From Camelus dromedarius (lineage: Eukaryota), in NCBI RefSeq assembly GCF_036321535.1, contig NC_087436.1, forward strand, positions 22,446,001 to 22,510,000: a stretch of 64,000 bases of DNA, given 5' to 3'. The notes beneath the pieces are model-generated. The model was not told where the DNA came from. It ran no database searches and saw nothing but the letters and a program-made list of their open reading frames with translations. Shown here piece by piece: positions 1 through 13,801 of this stretch (positions are counted from its first letter, which is position 1; every line of letters begins with the position of its first letter). A program made the translations under genes and the position numbers.

Positions 1-1109
1 CAAATGGAGCTTGCAAATATTCTCAATGGTATCAAATTACCATCTTTTGAGGATAGGGTTTTAAAAACATAATAATCAAGTATAAGTTGGAACTATATTT
101 GAATAAAGAGTATGATTAAGCTGATTTTAAAAATCTGTAATAACTTTTTTCAGGTGCTTTTTAAAATTAGCTCTTAAGGTTTTAAGCAAAAAGCATATCA
201 TTTAAATGAGGATCTAGATCCAAGGACTTACAAGGACAACATTGAATTAGATAAATGAGACTGATATGTTTGTTAGAAAATTAGTCTCAGCACTATATTG
301 GTATTTGCCAAGTAGCTCTGGGGAGGGCTGGGTCATCTGTGAGTTCTTAATAAATATACGTCGACTAATCATTTTAGAATAACCCATTGTTTAAGGCATC
401 CCAGCAAAATAGAAATCAGGTCCCCCTGGCTTAAAAAGCTTAACACATTTGCAACACTATAAAATCATGCTCCGTGTGATAATGATTCCATTAGTCAGGC
501 TTCCTGTAATGCTCAGGCACTTCCCCACTGCACAGTTGCTTTACACCTGCTAGTGAATGATCCTCACTCACTAAGTAGGCGAAGTCCTATTTAAAGTTAG
601 GTTCATATCTGTGAACATGAATTATTTAAATCCCTAAAGTCTTTGGGGGGAAAAAGACATTTTAAAACTTCTTTAAATGATAGCTCAAATCTGGCTACAT
701 TAAGTTAACTCCATAGACAGGGAAACATATCAGGTCCTATCTGTTTGACAAAAAATAAGATAGGAAATTTTAAAAAAAGTATTTTTCATTGAATATAATT
801 TATACACCGTGCAATACAGAAATCTTAAGTGTGTACATCAAAGGTTTGATAAATGCATATGTTAGTATAATCCACACGTCTACAAAGTCATGGAATATCT
901 TCATCACCACAGAAATTTCCCATGTGTCCCTTCCCAGTTAAAATTTCTCCTGAAGAAAATATCATTTGTTTTGCTGGCTCTAGAGCATTATATAAGTGGA
1001 ATCTTACAGTAAGAGATACTGTTAGGTCTCTCTCCTTTCATTTAGCATGGTTTTGGTGAACTTCATAACAATGACTCTCAAGATTCATGTTTCATCAATT
1101 TGTCCCCTT

Positions 1110-1455
1110 TTTTAAAATTGAAAAATAGTTGATTGTAATACATTTCAAGTGTACAGCAAAGTGACTCAGTTATATATATATATATTCTTTTCCAGATTCT
1201 TATCCATTCTAGGTTATTAAAAGATGTTGACTATAGTTCCCTGTGCTATACAGTAAGTTCTTGTTCTTTATCTATTTTATATATAGCAGTGTGTATATGT
1301 TACTCCTAAACTCCTAATTTATCCCTCTCCTCTCCTTTCTCCTTTGGTAACCATAGTTTGTTTTCTGTCTGTGCATCTGTTTCTGGTTTATAAATAAGTT
1401 GATTTGTATCTTTTTTTTTTTTTTTTTTTTTAGATTTCACAAATAAGTGAAATTA
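1110..1455 (-). mobile_element. Cetartiodactyl-type L1 3' UTR fragment nested in the older L1
   Basis: Motif atagttccctgtgctatacagta, shared with the copies at 4040, 9410 and 21680. Confidence 0.85.
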
Positions 1456-1941
1456 TATCCTTTTTTTTATTACAGAGTAGTATTTAATTGTATGACTATA
1501 CTACATTTTGTTAATCTGTTCTTTTGTTGGTGGACCCTGGGTCTATTTCCATTTTGAGGCTATTACAAATAAAAGTCATTGTATCTAGGAGTGCAGTGGC
1601 TGGCTTGTATGGTAAGTATATGTTTAACTTCATAAGAAATTGCCAAACTGTCTCCCAAAGTTGTTATACTCTTTAACACACCCAAAAGCAGTGAATCAGA
1701 GTTTTAGTCGCTCTGCATCCTCTCCAGCATCTGGTGTTATCATTTTTTCCATTGCAACTGTTTTAGTTGGTGTGCAGTAGATTGTCACTGTGGCTTTGAA
1801 TTGCATTTGCCTGATGACTAATGATGTTGAGCATATCTTCATGTGCTTATTGGCTATTTGTATATCTTCCCTGGTGAGATATCTGTCAAGTCTTTTACAC
1901 GTTGGGATCTTTGTCTTTTTATTATAAAATTGCAAGAGTTC

Positions 1942-2409
1942 TGTGAAATAAAATTCACATTTTATGGCAAGACAAAAAAAATTTGAACATAAAAAATTTT
2001 CTCTGCCTTTTGGTTTCCTATCTCCCCTCTACTGCGCATTGTGTATCTGCATTTTACATCGACCAAACCTCCCCATTGGCAGGAATACCTGCTCAACCAT
2101 AAACAGTGACATCTTCCGAGCACCAACAAAGCAACCCCTTTAAACGTAACAGTTCTTCCTGATCTTGTAAGGGGTCACAGTGACCCACCATTTTGTACTT
2201 ACAAATATGGCTTGTGTAAACTGTCAATAACACGTCATTTAATGTGCAGCTCTCTGTCTCAAAAAGCTTATATAAGTGTGCTTTGACTTCTAACAGATGG
2301 AACAGTTCTTGGAACTTTCTGAGAGGCTATTCCCGGTTTATAATTCTCAATTTGGCTTGAATAAAATGTTTCATCTCTTTCTTAGATGGACTGAATAATT
2401 TCGTCTACA
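1942..2409 (+). mobile_element. Solo LTR, ERV1-like
   Basis: TG...CA termini, perfect 4-bp TSD GTTC (1938-1941 and 2410-2413), TATA-like ttatataa near 2268 and AATAAA near 2360. Confidence 0.85.
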
Positions 2410-2424
2410 GTTCTTTACATTTTC

Positions 2425-2964
2425 TGGGGGGAGAAATCCTTTCGGAACCATATAATGCATCTTGCACCCTCAAGGTAGAAACAAAAATGAAACAAAATGA
2501 TTAACGAAGATCCCAAGCTTGTTTTGCAGAACAATAAGGAAACCGCAGAAATGCAAACAACTTGCTCACTGAGCCTTGCGCAGGCGCATTGAAGGACTAG
2601 AAAGACCAATAGTGAACTTTAGACATTTCAGGTTGAAAATTCACTGCCTGCAACACACAGAAACCCCACTCCTGCCCCCCACATTTGGACATGCAGCCCA
2701 TTAAGAAGCATGAAGGACAGTCACGCCTGCACAAAGAACTCGTGAAACTTACGTTTACTTTCCACCAATCATTTCTGAGCCTCCCCCCACCACTATTCCC
2801 TACTTCCACAATAAATACCCCAATCAAAACTTTGATGGAGAGACCGATCTGAGCATTGCCTCCTGTCTCCTTGCTTGGCCGCCCTACAATAAAGCTTTTT
2901 CTCTTTCTACAAAAGACCCTTGCCTCTGTATTTGCTCCTTCTGCTGCACACTTGTTGGGTTACA
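2425..2964 (+). mobile_element. Second, different solo LTR (ERV-like)
   Basis: CCAAT boxes, ataaata near 2811, AATAAA near 2888 and an end in ...ttaca. The 5' boundary and TSD are not clean. Confidence 0.7.
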
Positions 2965-4034
2965 CTGCGTCTGATACCTGTGTTAAGAGTAGCTTCTCCA
3001 GCCTGAGTCTTGTCTGTTTATTTTCTTAATGATGAATTTTTATGAGCAGAGGTTTTAGTTTTGATGATGTGCAGTTTATCTAATTTTTCTTTTAAGTTTA
3101 GTGCTTCCTGAGTATTAATCCAAAATTTTGATATTGCTATATTGGCATGAAGAGAAGTATGGGGTGGAAAGGGCATAAATGAAAGCACAAAAGTCTCATC
3201 TGCCAGAGAAGAGAGTCCAAAAATAATATCGAGGATTAAAAATTCTATTCTATTTAGAAATAAAACACAAATTTAGTATTTAGAAATAAGAAGAGAAACA
3301 TGAAAGTGTTAAAATTATTGCTAGTGGTTGTCACCTTTGAGCAAGACTGAGACTTGGGCACGAGACTGCTTTTGCTTCAATCATAAACCTTTGTGTTCCA
3401 TTTGACTTGTGAAAAATTATGTACATGGATTATTTTGGTTAAAAAATAAGAGAATAATTTAATAGAGCAAAACCCTTTTATGTGTGGGTCCCATAAGAAG
3501 GTCTGTAAGTTACCTTTTCCTCCTGATACATTTTATGTCAAAGCATAATTTCTCAATTTTTAATATTAGAGAGATTTTAATCTTTTTAAGTAAGGAGAGG
3601 AAAACCATTTGTAGAAAAAAAAAAAAAACCTCTCATGAATAGGCTGAAATATACTTTTTGAAATACTGACTCTTAAGTTTAGATGGTCCTCTTTCTAATA
3701 TTTTGTACAGATAAAAACGCCATGAAGGGCAACACTAGAAGGGAAAATAGGTCACAATGATAGCTGAAAAGAGATACTGAGGAGAAGGAAGTCCAATCCT
3801 CTTTAGAAGACTTAGTGAGAATGAAATTTAATGGGTTGGAGAGAACAGGAAAGGAGAAGGTGGGACAGTTTATTATCTAGTCAAGAGACTTCTCAGTATC
3901 TTCTGGTTCTACCAACTTGTTACAAAGCACTAACCCCACCTCAAAGTTTAAGACCAAAAGAAACATTGTATCTTTAAAAAATAATTTCCACTTTTATTGA
4001 ATCACAGAGAAAAGTATTTGAGAAAAGACAAATA

Positions 4035-4310
4035 CTTTTTTTAAGTTGAAATATAGTCAGTTTACAATGTTGTGTCAATTTCTGATGTACAGCATAATGT
4101 CACAGTCATATACATACATACTTATATTTGTTTTCATATTCTTTTCATCATAGATTACTACACAATATTGACTATAGTTCCCTGTGCTATACAGTATAAG
4201 CTTGTTGTTTATCTATTTTGTATATAGTCCTTAGTATCTGCAAATCTCGAACTCCTAACTTACCCCTTCCCACCCCTTTACCCCGCCCCTCCCCCCCACG
4301 AAACCATAAG
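4035..4310 (-). mobile_element. Cetartiodactyl-type L1 3' UTR fragment
   Basis: Same motif family as 1110; flanked by an approximate duplication a(a/g)tacttttt. Confidence 0.85.
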
Positions 4311-6689
4311 TACTTTTTAAACCATCACTTTGAACTAGATTGTCTCAAAAGGAAAAGAAACAGATGTGCAGTGGAATTACCACTCCCCTCCTTTTTTTTT
4401 TTTTTTTTTGCCTCTTATTTGATGGTCAAGAATTGCTAAGTAATTAAATCCATTTGTTTTTTCCTCAGGATTTGAAAAACAAATTAAATAGAGTTCTTCC
4501 AGATACTGATTCCAACTTTTCTGTCTTCAAGCAGTCCACAATTTTTATCTAAACTTGATTACCTCTCGGAGAGGATGCAATGCAGGTGGTCTCAGCCATA
4601 TATCATGTCCTTGTGTTTTCTTTCTAAGAGGAATAAACACATTTTTAATGAGCATTCCTTATTGGCGTAAAGAACTATTATCCGTATGTTCTTATCTTAA
4701 ATTTCCCTTAAAATAAGTTGGCATTATTAAGTAAGGGTCCCAGAAACCTTGTTGTCCCCCCACTCTAAAGTACAAAAAAGTGAAAATGAACTCTACTCTA
4801 TGGAAATAGACAAAATGTGCTTTTAGGTGTCTAGATGGTTTGGTTCAGCTGAGATGAAGGCTGACTGTCTGATTATTACACAAGCCCTATTGGCTCCGCT
4901 CAGAGGAAAACTATTTTAGAGTTATTGTGCAGCTTCGACATGTGCAGACCCAAATCTTGGTGACACCAACATCCACAAGCTCATGGAGGAGGGCAGTTTA
5001 AAATTCTACAACAAGATTTATATCTGCTCAAGGACCAGACAAGTGCATCTTCGGACCAGTACATTCTCTTCCACTAGGCAAGAAAACAGGAGGTCAGATT
5101 TAATTCAGAGATTTGCTCTTTGAGCAGCAAGTCAGAGCAAAGGCAACAAGTAAAATTCAAATGTGTAGTAAAGTTCAGGATCTGAGAGGCAGGCACACAT
5201 GTCCCTGTGAGAGGGGTACAGCCATCTCTGGCAATGAATAATTCAAATCTTAGCCAAGGAAGCCTTTTTCCAGGGAACAAACACATGAGTTTTCCCAACA
5301 TTTGTTTGCATCTGTGGCTCTTCTTTATTTTGTCTCCTTTTATGACCAAAACTTCTTATCATGGATCCACTCCTTTTTTAGTTATGTTACCTCCATCCAT
5401 TCAGTTACATTCCACTCACTGCTTCTTTTAAAAGCCTTTGCAAAACTATGGATTCATCATTCTGCACAGGGTAAAACTTTTCTCTTACATTTTCTTCCAA
5501 ATCTAATCTGTAATGTTATTTTTTCTTCCAAATCTAATCTTTACTGTTACTTGAATGTAATGTGAACATATTTACTTGTTCACATCGCTAATACAAACAA
5601 AATGTTCTTGGTCTGCTCACAGAATAATAAGAGTAATAGGCAGGTGAATAAGAAAGAACAGAGAGTCAAGAAAGGAATGTAACTGTATTCGTGGAAGAAT
5701 ACTCATTTAATAAAATGCAGTTGGTTAATTTTGAGGGGAAATAATTAATGGAGACTCTATACTTTATACCTTGAACCAAAGTGAAGGGTCAAATTATTTC
5801 TAAGCAAAAATGTAACCCAAAACCTACCTGCGGGGAAGACAAATGGACTGGAGTTTGGGCTGAGGAAAGTTTTTCCAAGCAAGATACAAAGATGAGAACC
5901 AGAAATAAAATAATTGATCTATTTGACCACAACTTCATGGACATTAAAAATTTCACGTCAAAAACATTACAAATGTACTTGATAATATGCTCTGAGTTCT
6001 TTTCATGCTCAAGGCCCTTTTGAAGGAAGTAGGTACAGATGTTTTATTTCAGTACTCATCCACTCTCTACTCTAGGTTTCACTAATGAGAGGGGATGCAC
6101 AAAATAAATGATGGTGAAATAAATGCTGGTCTAGTGAATATTGTTCAGTACTACCTACCACCCGTGCCGTCATGCCCTTCACATAAGCACTGACACACCG
6201 GAACAAGCTGAGAACATGGCTTAAACCAAGAGTCTTAGGTATGGCTTCTCATTTCTTAATCCCTAAACTTTGAACCTGACTCTACTTACCTACCAGCCAC
6301 AAGAACCTGGAACCAAGGGAGAATTCTGGTTCAATCCACCCATCTACTGGGTCAGAGTCAGAACAAAGAGGGTCAAGAGCATGGCTGGTTCAAAGACACT
6401 TAGGTGATAGATGGCCAGCCCAGATGGAAATGCAAGGTGCTAGGAGTGTGAGATAAGGCAGGAAAGCACAATGCACTCACATCTGAATTTTAACTTAAAA
6501 ATCCTAACTACCGGCGGAGTGCCCTCTGATCAATTAGATTAGCCACCCTTTCTCCCAGAAGAGGATGGAGAATGGAGTGCAGAAATGCCAGATGTGTCTC
6601 CTCCAACACTTCCCTAAACGGGATTCTGAAGCATATTCAGAAAGGTGACAAGAGGAGAAGGGTCCCAGTCAGCAGTACTGCCTCTTTAA

Positions 6690-7120
6690 ATGTATTTATT
6701 TCTCTTAAAAGAATATACCCTGAAAGAATAATTAAATGTATGCAAAAAATTTGTCTCAAGGATACTCATTAAAGAAAATTTATAACCATGAAAGAATGTA
6801 AAGTTACCGATGCCCAACAATTAAATATTGTAAAGGGATTTTAGTAAGAAATTATGTTACATTAATACTTGCTTTATGGCCAGTAAAATGAGGTTCACAA
6901 AAAATTAGGTGAAAATAATTCATAAAATATTACTGATAATATAATCTTATTTTTATATTTAATAAGTGTACATACACAAGAATGGAAGCTTACAAAAATA
7001 GTTGTCCATAGTGACCGCCTCTAAGTGGTAGTACTATGTGTGATTTTAAGTTTTTCTTCATTAAGAACCAAATTATCTAATCTTCCCATAACAAACATAT
7101 AGAACATACACAGCATAAAA
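6690..7120 (+). mobile_element. Degenerate ancient L1 (L1ME-like) 3' fragment
   Basis: A-rich, with weak resemblance to L1M 3' UTR motifs. Confidence 0.5.
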
Positions 7121-9407
7121 AAATGAATGAAAGAAAAACAGGTCAATTATGATGAAAGAAACAGCTGTGTCAGGAATTGGGGAAAAACATAAATATTTGG
7201 CTTATACGGGAGCCACTTCCAAACAACTCAATAACTGATTCAAAAAGCTTAGTTTGGGCCATCTGTTAGGAATGACCATGGATCTCACTTATATATCCCT
7301 CTTCTAAAGTAAATGTTATCTGGTTTTTCCTTTCCCTTTTTGACCCTGCGTTACTCACTCTCACCTTCAAATGAACTTCACCGGAGATCTGAGTATTCGT
7401 TCATCTATCCAGCTAGTCACGCACATTTGCAAGTGGAATGAATGCATTATTTACTAGTGCCCTGGGGATACAAAAATGGAAAGGACTTCTCCTGAGAGAA
7501 ACTTGCAGCACACTTGATGCCTATTTTGGGAATCAAATCATACTTGCTTGAAATAACTTGATTACACGCCCAAGATAATATGATAATGTGGCATGATGCA
7601 CAGATTTTTGCTGAGAACTAATGAAGAGTGAGACAGATTTGGATATTCTAGGGTGCCATGGTAAAAGATTCTTGGAGGAAGTGTGGCTTACCTTGAGCCG
7701 ACAGAGTACACAGGACTTGGATTTGCAGAAAGGAAGGATTTAGTTATTCCATGACAGCACAACTAATGAAGTTAAGGGAGGAGAAAGTTTTAGGGAAATA
7801 GAATGATGAGGTTGGAAAATTAAGGTAAGCTCATTTGATGGAAAGTTTTAGACTCCAAATTGAGAAATTTTTACTTTATGTCAAAAATGAAGAAAAAAAT
7901 TTGAACTAGTCTCCGTATATCAAGTCTCCATAATTTTTCCATGATTTTGCTGTAGAGCCCATTTTGGGGTGCCCTAGTGGGGTTCGAGGCTGCTGCTTTT
8001 CTGTTTTACCACTTCCAGGCAATATCAGCCCCAACCAGCAAGATCTTCTCCAGGACCACTATGCGAGTTGAACTCTGAACACCTCTCTCCAGCCACATAA
8101 AAACACCCTGTAAACCCCAAGACACAGAAGCGTTAGGCTCAAAGCTACTCTCGAGATCACTGTGTTAAGAAGGGATTAAAGATATGCGTCCTCATGTATG
8201 TGCTGGGTAAGGGTGGGGGTATCTTTCTGACTCATTTTCTCTAAGGACTCTCCTCTTCTCATGGAGCTGGTAAGTAAGCCACCTTAAGGATTCTTGGACT
8301 GGGTAGCCAAGTTAATGCTCCCTTATCTAAGAATTAAGGAACTATTTCATTCTTTATTTGATTTTTTCTGATAGTCTTAGGCTTGGTGCTGAGCATTGAG
8401 ATTCAGGGTTATAGTGCCGAAGGTAAGTGAGACCATGGAGCCAAAATCCAGCAAAGCTGGCGAAAATTCCATACTGGGGCTTGGAGGTTGCAAACCCCAA
8501 GCTCCCATCTGCCTTGTTTTTTTGTACATACTTTCTCAGAAACACCTCTGGAAGAGGCAACCAGGATTTGTGCTCTGAGTCCAGGGTTTCTATGATGACC
8601 CTGCAGTGTGAAATATATGTGGCCCAGTCTTTCAGTGGTTGTACAATCAAGTGGCTCCAGAGAGCAGGGAGATACACAGATGTGACAACCAGGCAGGTGT
8701 GACGGGTCCTGTGACGGTGGGGAGACTATTTTATTGACGTAAGAAACGTCGGACTGAGCTCAGTACTTTATAGAAGCACAAAGTGACCTCAAAAAGTCAC
8801 CGAAACCTCTGAGAAATGTCTGAAGTGGCCAGGACACAAAAGAATCTCAGCCACTCTTAAAACTACCAGAAAAGTCAGAGGTCTTGCACTCTTGATAATT
8901 CCTCCCAGAACATAGCAGCCTCTGTGCTGGAGGAGTCGCCAGAATTTCCCGGCAGATTGTTTAGGACCAGTTTCTCTGTGGACTCTACTTTCTTTTTCAA
9001 ACACCGATCATCATTTCAGTTTGATTAATTTCCTGTGTGTAATTGCTAGGACATTAAAGCGAAATCTTCCAGAGTGACAATTTTGTTCTTAAGGTATTTG
9101 AGGACACAGCTGTACAGGAAAGGTCAAATTATTAGTCCTTGGGGAAAATGACGGTGGGGAGAAAGTGAAAAATAATTTTGTACTTGTTCTAACAGAGAAA
9201 AATCTGTACAGCACTTTTAAGGTCAAAAGATGAGAAAAAACTTTACTCCAATATGAGCCTAGAGTGATAGATGTATGCACTGAAAAGGACTTTTGCCTTC
9301 TTCCACTCTTTTGTAAGAGTGAGGAAGATTGAGACAGTCATGGGGCAGAGAGAGAATACCCAGAGAGGAAGTGATGAGGGCAAAGTGGCAAAGCAAAAAG
9401 TCCTTTA

Positions 9408-9600
9408 GAAGTTCGGGATTAGCAGATACACACTACTATATATAAAATAGATAAACAACAAGGTCCTACTGTATAGCACAGGGAACCATAGCCAATAGAT
9501 TATAATAACTATAATAAAAAAGAATATATATTTATAACTGAATCATTATGCTGTACTAACACAGTATTGTAAATCAAAATATTTCAATTAAAAAAAAAAG
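9408..9600 (+). mobile_element. Cetartiodactyl-type L1 3' end with poly(A)
   Basis: gattagcagatacacactactatatataaaatagataaacaacaaggtcctactgtatagcacagggaac...caattaaaaaaaaaa. Confidence 0.85.
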
Positions 9601-9734
9601 AAAAATCCTGAGGTCAGGGTAAAGGTATTGGAATATCTTCCACCCACTTTTTTGGTGAGTTTCTACTCTTAAATTTTTGACACTACCTCCTTCAAGAGAC
9701 AGACTTAACCTCCACCAGGCTCCTTTCAAGACTC

Positions 9735-9869
9735 TTGTATTGTTTGTTTTATGTATGAGAGGTAATTAGGTTTATTCACTGATTTCTGCTTGGAGGAGGT
9801 ACTGGGGATTGAATCTAGGACCTTTTGCATACTGAGCTTGCACTCTACCACTTGAACTATATCCTTCTG
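9735..9869 (-). mobile_element. tRNA-derived SINE, camelid Vic-1-like
   Basis: The minus strand has A/B-box-like ATAGTTCAAGTGGTAGAG...GATTCAATCCCCAGTACCTCC and tail AAACCTAATTACCTC. 9-bp TSD tcaagactc at 9726-9734 and 9870-9878. Confidence 0.85.
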
Positions 9870-12289
9870 TCAAGACTCAAGTTCTTATAAGATTCCCAAG
9901 TACATATCTAATAGTGTATTCCATTTAGTGTGCTACTTAGTTAGAAATAGGCAGAAGTGTGACTTTGTATCTTTTTCCCTCATCTTGCCCTCCTTGAGCT
10001 CTGTAAATTTAGCACTGAAAGGTGGAAAACTCAGAGTTATGACACCCAGAGTTCTGTAGTACACATGATAGAGACCTAGAGGAAATGCTGTTGTGGTTTT
10101 GCATTTGCAAAGTAAATCTAATGGAAAATGCTGTGGGGATTTGCTGGCCATGCAACAAATTCTATTAGCCATTCTAACAATGGTGTCTATAAACTTCAGT
10201 TATTCCTAGAATCAAAGAGTATTCCAATGCTCCAAATTATGGCTAAGAGCAGTCACTGGGTTTGTTCTTGTCATCAAATGGCATAGTCAGCAATTTATAT
10301 CCTTTCTTTATCAATAATTGACACTTGAGTGATAATTGAGTTACAACAAAATCATATGACATTTCTATAAGGGGTTTCATTTTTAGAGATTTGTTCTTCA
10401 AATTTTTTTTTTAAGTTCCTATCAATGAATTTTACTATGCTGTATTTTCTTGTCTCTAACTGCCAATGGCTGACCGCAAACATGGCCTCCATATATTTAT
10501 TACAACCAGAGCAGTGTTAAAGAAACTAGTGCAGATTTCTTCAGTTATATCTGAGCAGTCAAGTATTTGAAGAGTTCCTCCTCATGGGGTAACCACTTCC
10601 TGAAGATAGCTAAAGTCCTTTGGGAACATAAAAACACTCAGACTGCAGAATCCTCCCTTTTTAGACATACTCTAAAATTCAGCAATAGTGCTAGAAATCA
10701 CTTTTTTTTTTTCCTGGATAAGTACCCAGAACCTCCTTCAGAAAGGAGGAGGACAGCACTCTGACCTATGTCCCAGAAAAAAGGAAGTGACCTTTTTTGG
10801 GGGATTGTATCCATCAAGTTAATAGCTGTGGCTTCCGGGGGATCTCAGAGGCAACATGCATTGTCACTGATGTGCTTGCTGGCTCAGGGGCCCCTGTGGA
10901 AAGGGTATTCATTTTGTAGCTAATGTAAATTGCAGTGTCTGTCTTTGTATTTCAGTGATTTGAAGTGACATTCTATTAAAGGTGTTCTTGACATAAACAA
11001 GCTTAGGTGGTAATGGGAGAATTAAACAAGAACTATGCTTGGCTGGTAACCTTGAACTTAATAGTCTTCAAGAATAACACAACAGTCTTTCTTTCACTCC
11101 ATTTTTTATGCTGTGATTTTTTTTTTAACAAGTGGCAAACGTAAAGATTTTAAAAATTGCAGATTAGGACCATTGTTTTCTACCACATTAGTTTACTATC
11201 AGCTCAGAGACTTTATCAATCATGAGAATTTGATAGCAGGTCAAATTAATGTTTCATGTTAATCATGACCTTGATACTTCGCTAATAAAAAAAAAGTAGT
11301 GACCAAATTTCCTGCCTTTGAAGCTTGATGGTGAGAGTGTGAAATCATTTATTAGCAAGGGTAATGAACTAAATGACAGAAAAGAGTAACCTTGACCTGT
11401 TCCAAAGCATTTAGGTCCTCAGCTTCACCTGGCTTTTGAGAGTTGGGATGCAGCGCAACCTAGACACGTTTGATTCTTGACAATCTGAGGACGGAAAATA
11501 AGAAGTTGAGTAATCAAGGTCGTGCATTAAATCATAATTAAAAAATGTAAGTGATTGTATTCAGCAGCAGTGAGATTGGTGAAATCTAGGAGATAGAATA
11601 GCTTGAAAATGAGTTGGGAGAGAGGATGAGAAACTGAGAATATCGCGGTATTCGCTATAATAGGTGACAACTGACACACCTGGAGCAAAGAATTACTGAA
11701 GTTGAAATAGGGGTGAGAGAGAGGAGTGATCAAATTGGCTTAAAGGCAGCATTCCCCAGGGCAGCCTGCCAAGCTAAAACCACAACAAATAGACAATTTG
11801 TCTTGGCAGTTTACTGGTGAGATTTGATGGGTAGAAAAAACTGGAATTCTAATTCTGCTTGAGACCAGGTGGTATTAACTAGAACTCTTTCAAGGAAATT
11901 CTGGGCATATGTAATACTGCACTTATTTTCCACCTGAGGCTATCCTCAGGTTTGTTGATGATAACTCCTAAGTCATCATCTCCCTAGAGTAAAAGGAAAC
12001 TACAGTCTGCTCAGGGGAAGCGGGAAGGGGAAGAAAGTTATTTGTATCTACTCTGTACTGAGAACTGCAGTCAGCATCTAATTCAACTCACTACCATCCT
12101 GGTAGTTGAATAACATCATCATTATTGCCTTTTTAGAGACAAGAGCATAGGCTCAGAGTGATCAGGCCACTTGCCTAAGCTCAGATGACTGAGGCCAGAG
12201 CTGGTTCCATGTCTCTCTGGGTGCTGTCCATTCAGCAATGGTGGTGGCCCCCCGGAACATTTCAGAGGCAAAAGTTCTCTCTGATGGCA

Positions 12290-12420
12290 AACCCTTGTTT
12301 CTCAAAGTGTGACCCATGAGCCAACAGCATCACATCTTCTGGAAGCTAATGAGTCAGAATCTGCATTTTAACAAGATCTTGAAATGTGCATTCAATTACA
12401 AATGCAAGTTTTACAAGATA
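12290..12420. mobile_element. MER5-like hAT-Charlie relic
   Basis: gtttctcaaagtgtg...cagaatctgcattttaacaagatc. Confidence 0.65.
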
Positions 12421-13801
12421 CAACAATGCCTGACCCTTCAACTTAATAGGGACAACAAGGGATTCCTAGGGAGGAGATCTTAAACTTTCTGATTCATGGA
12501 ACACTCTACGAATCTGATCAAAACTATGGACTCACTCCTGAAAAACAATATATGCAGACAGATACACAGATTTATTTCCAGGGTTAGAGATTCCTGGGAG
12601 CCCACTCATGGACAACCCAGGTATCTGTAAACTCCAAGTTTGAAAATGCCTTTGAGAGTCAATTAAGGTAACAGAGAAATCAAAGCAGTATAAAGACTTT
12701 GGAAAGTGAGAAACCATGACAAAAGAAAAATGTCTACTCTTTCAACTAGCAACACTGTAATTATATAAATTGAACCATATACATACACATTCTTAGAAGT
12801 TGGCAGAACATTTTCTTTAACTCACTTAATGTGGGCACCATGGATTTTCCTAGATATTTTTTCTCCATTTATTTCTCTTTTTACTGATTTCTTCTCAATG
12901 GACTTTATCAATAGTTGTTTGAAGCTTTAGTCCTGATGTCAAGACCTTCCATATTGATACACATTTTTCTACAATGATGTTCAGATACTTCATTTTTAGA
13001 GACTTTTGGATACAGTTTCAATTATGTTTGCAAAAACTTAATTTCAATAACCTATTACTAGCTAATTATAAAGTTGGATCTTACCACTTTTGTCTTATTG
13101 ACTATAAGCCTGCAGTAAAAAGAAGACAAATAATTATTTTATTCTGAGTAAACTGTCCAAGTCCTCAACTCTTTCCACCATTTTGTAAATATTTCTAAAA
13201 CCATAAAGTCATCAAAGGTTGACTCCCTCTTTTGCCCTTTTTGCCTTTTCCTTGGACTTCAGAGAAAAGTTTATTTTTATTTGGAAGAGATCCACTTCCT
13301 TCCTAACCAGAGTAAGTCTCAAGTCATCTGGAACCTGCTCTGGACAAGCAGTGATATAAAAGTAGATTATCATCCATCCTTGCTTCTCTAATAAAGCTTT
13401 GGTTTTGCTCAAGTCTTTACTAGTGCCTTGGTCTAGTCTTCTGTGGCCTTTACTAGTAAGTGCATTTCTCTTCTCCACTAAAAAAAAAAAATTGTTGTTT
13501 GTTTTGCATTTTGCTAACACTTCCTGTCTCTTCCTCACTGTCAATGACCCTAGAAGAGGATTCACTGTCACTGTAATTTCATGTTGGTATGGATTCCTCA
13601 CATCAGTTTCTTTACAAAATGTGGAATAATTATGAACCAGTTGCTACTTTCACAAATATACTATAAATAATTATAAGTACCGCCAGTTTCTGGAAAATAA
13701 AACCAAGATGATTTAATTGATTTAAATCTACATAACAGTTTAGAATTTGATTCTTTGGTAACCATCTCACCAAATAACATTTAATTTTATGTAAATGTAA
13801 G

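Larger units (their letters stand above)
775..3110 (-). mobile_element. Old L1 (L1M-type) 3' region interrupted by three younger insertions
   Basis: ORF 1696..1935 resembles the L1 ORF2 C-terminus (EDIQIANKHMKICSTSLVIRQMQFK). L1 sequence resumes at about 1460, 2410 and 2965. Confidence 0.85.

Noticed and set aside
4010..4039. 11-bp perfect inverted repeat aaaagtatttg/caaatactttt
   Set aside because: Short and AT-rich, partly formed by the adjacent L1 poly(T)/TSD, so plausibly chance.
7980..8350. Possible ancient LTR/ERV-internal fragment
   Set aside because: No clear termini, TSD or family motif that I can support.
13212..13629. Overlapping 129-aa and 76-aa ORFs
   Set aside because: No homology or exon structure recognised; composition is driven by A/T runs.
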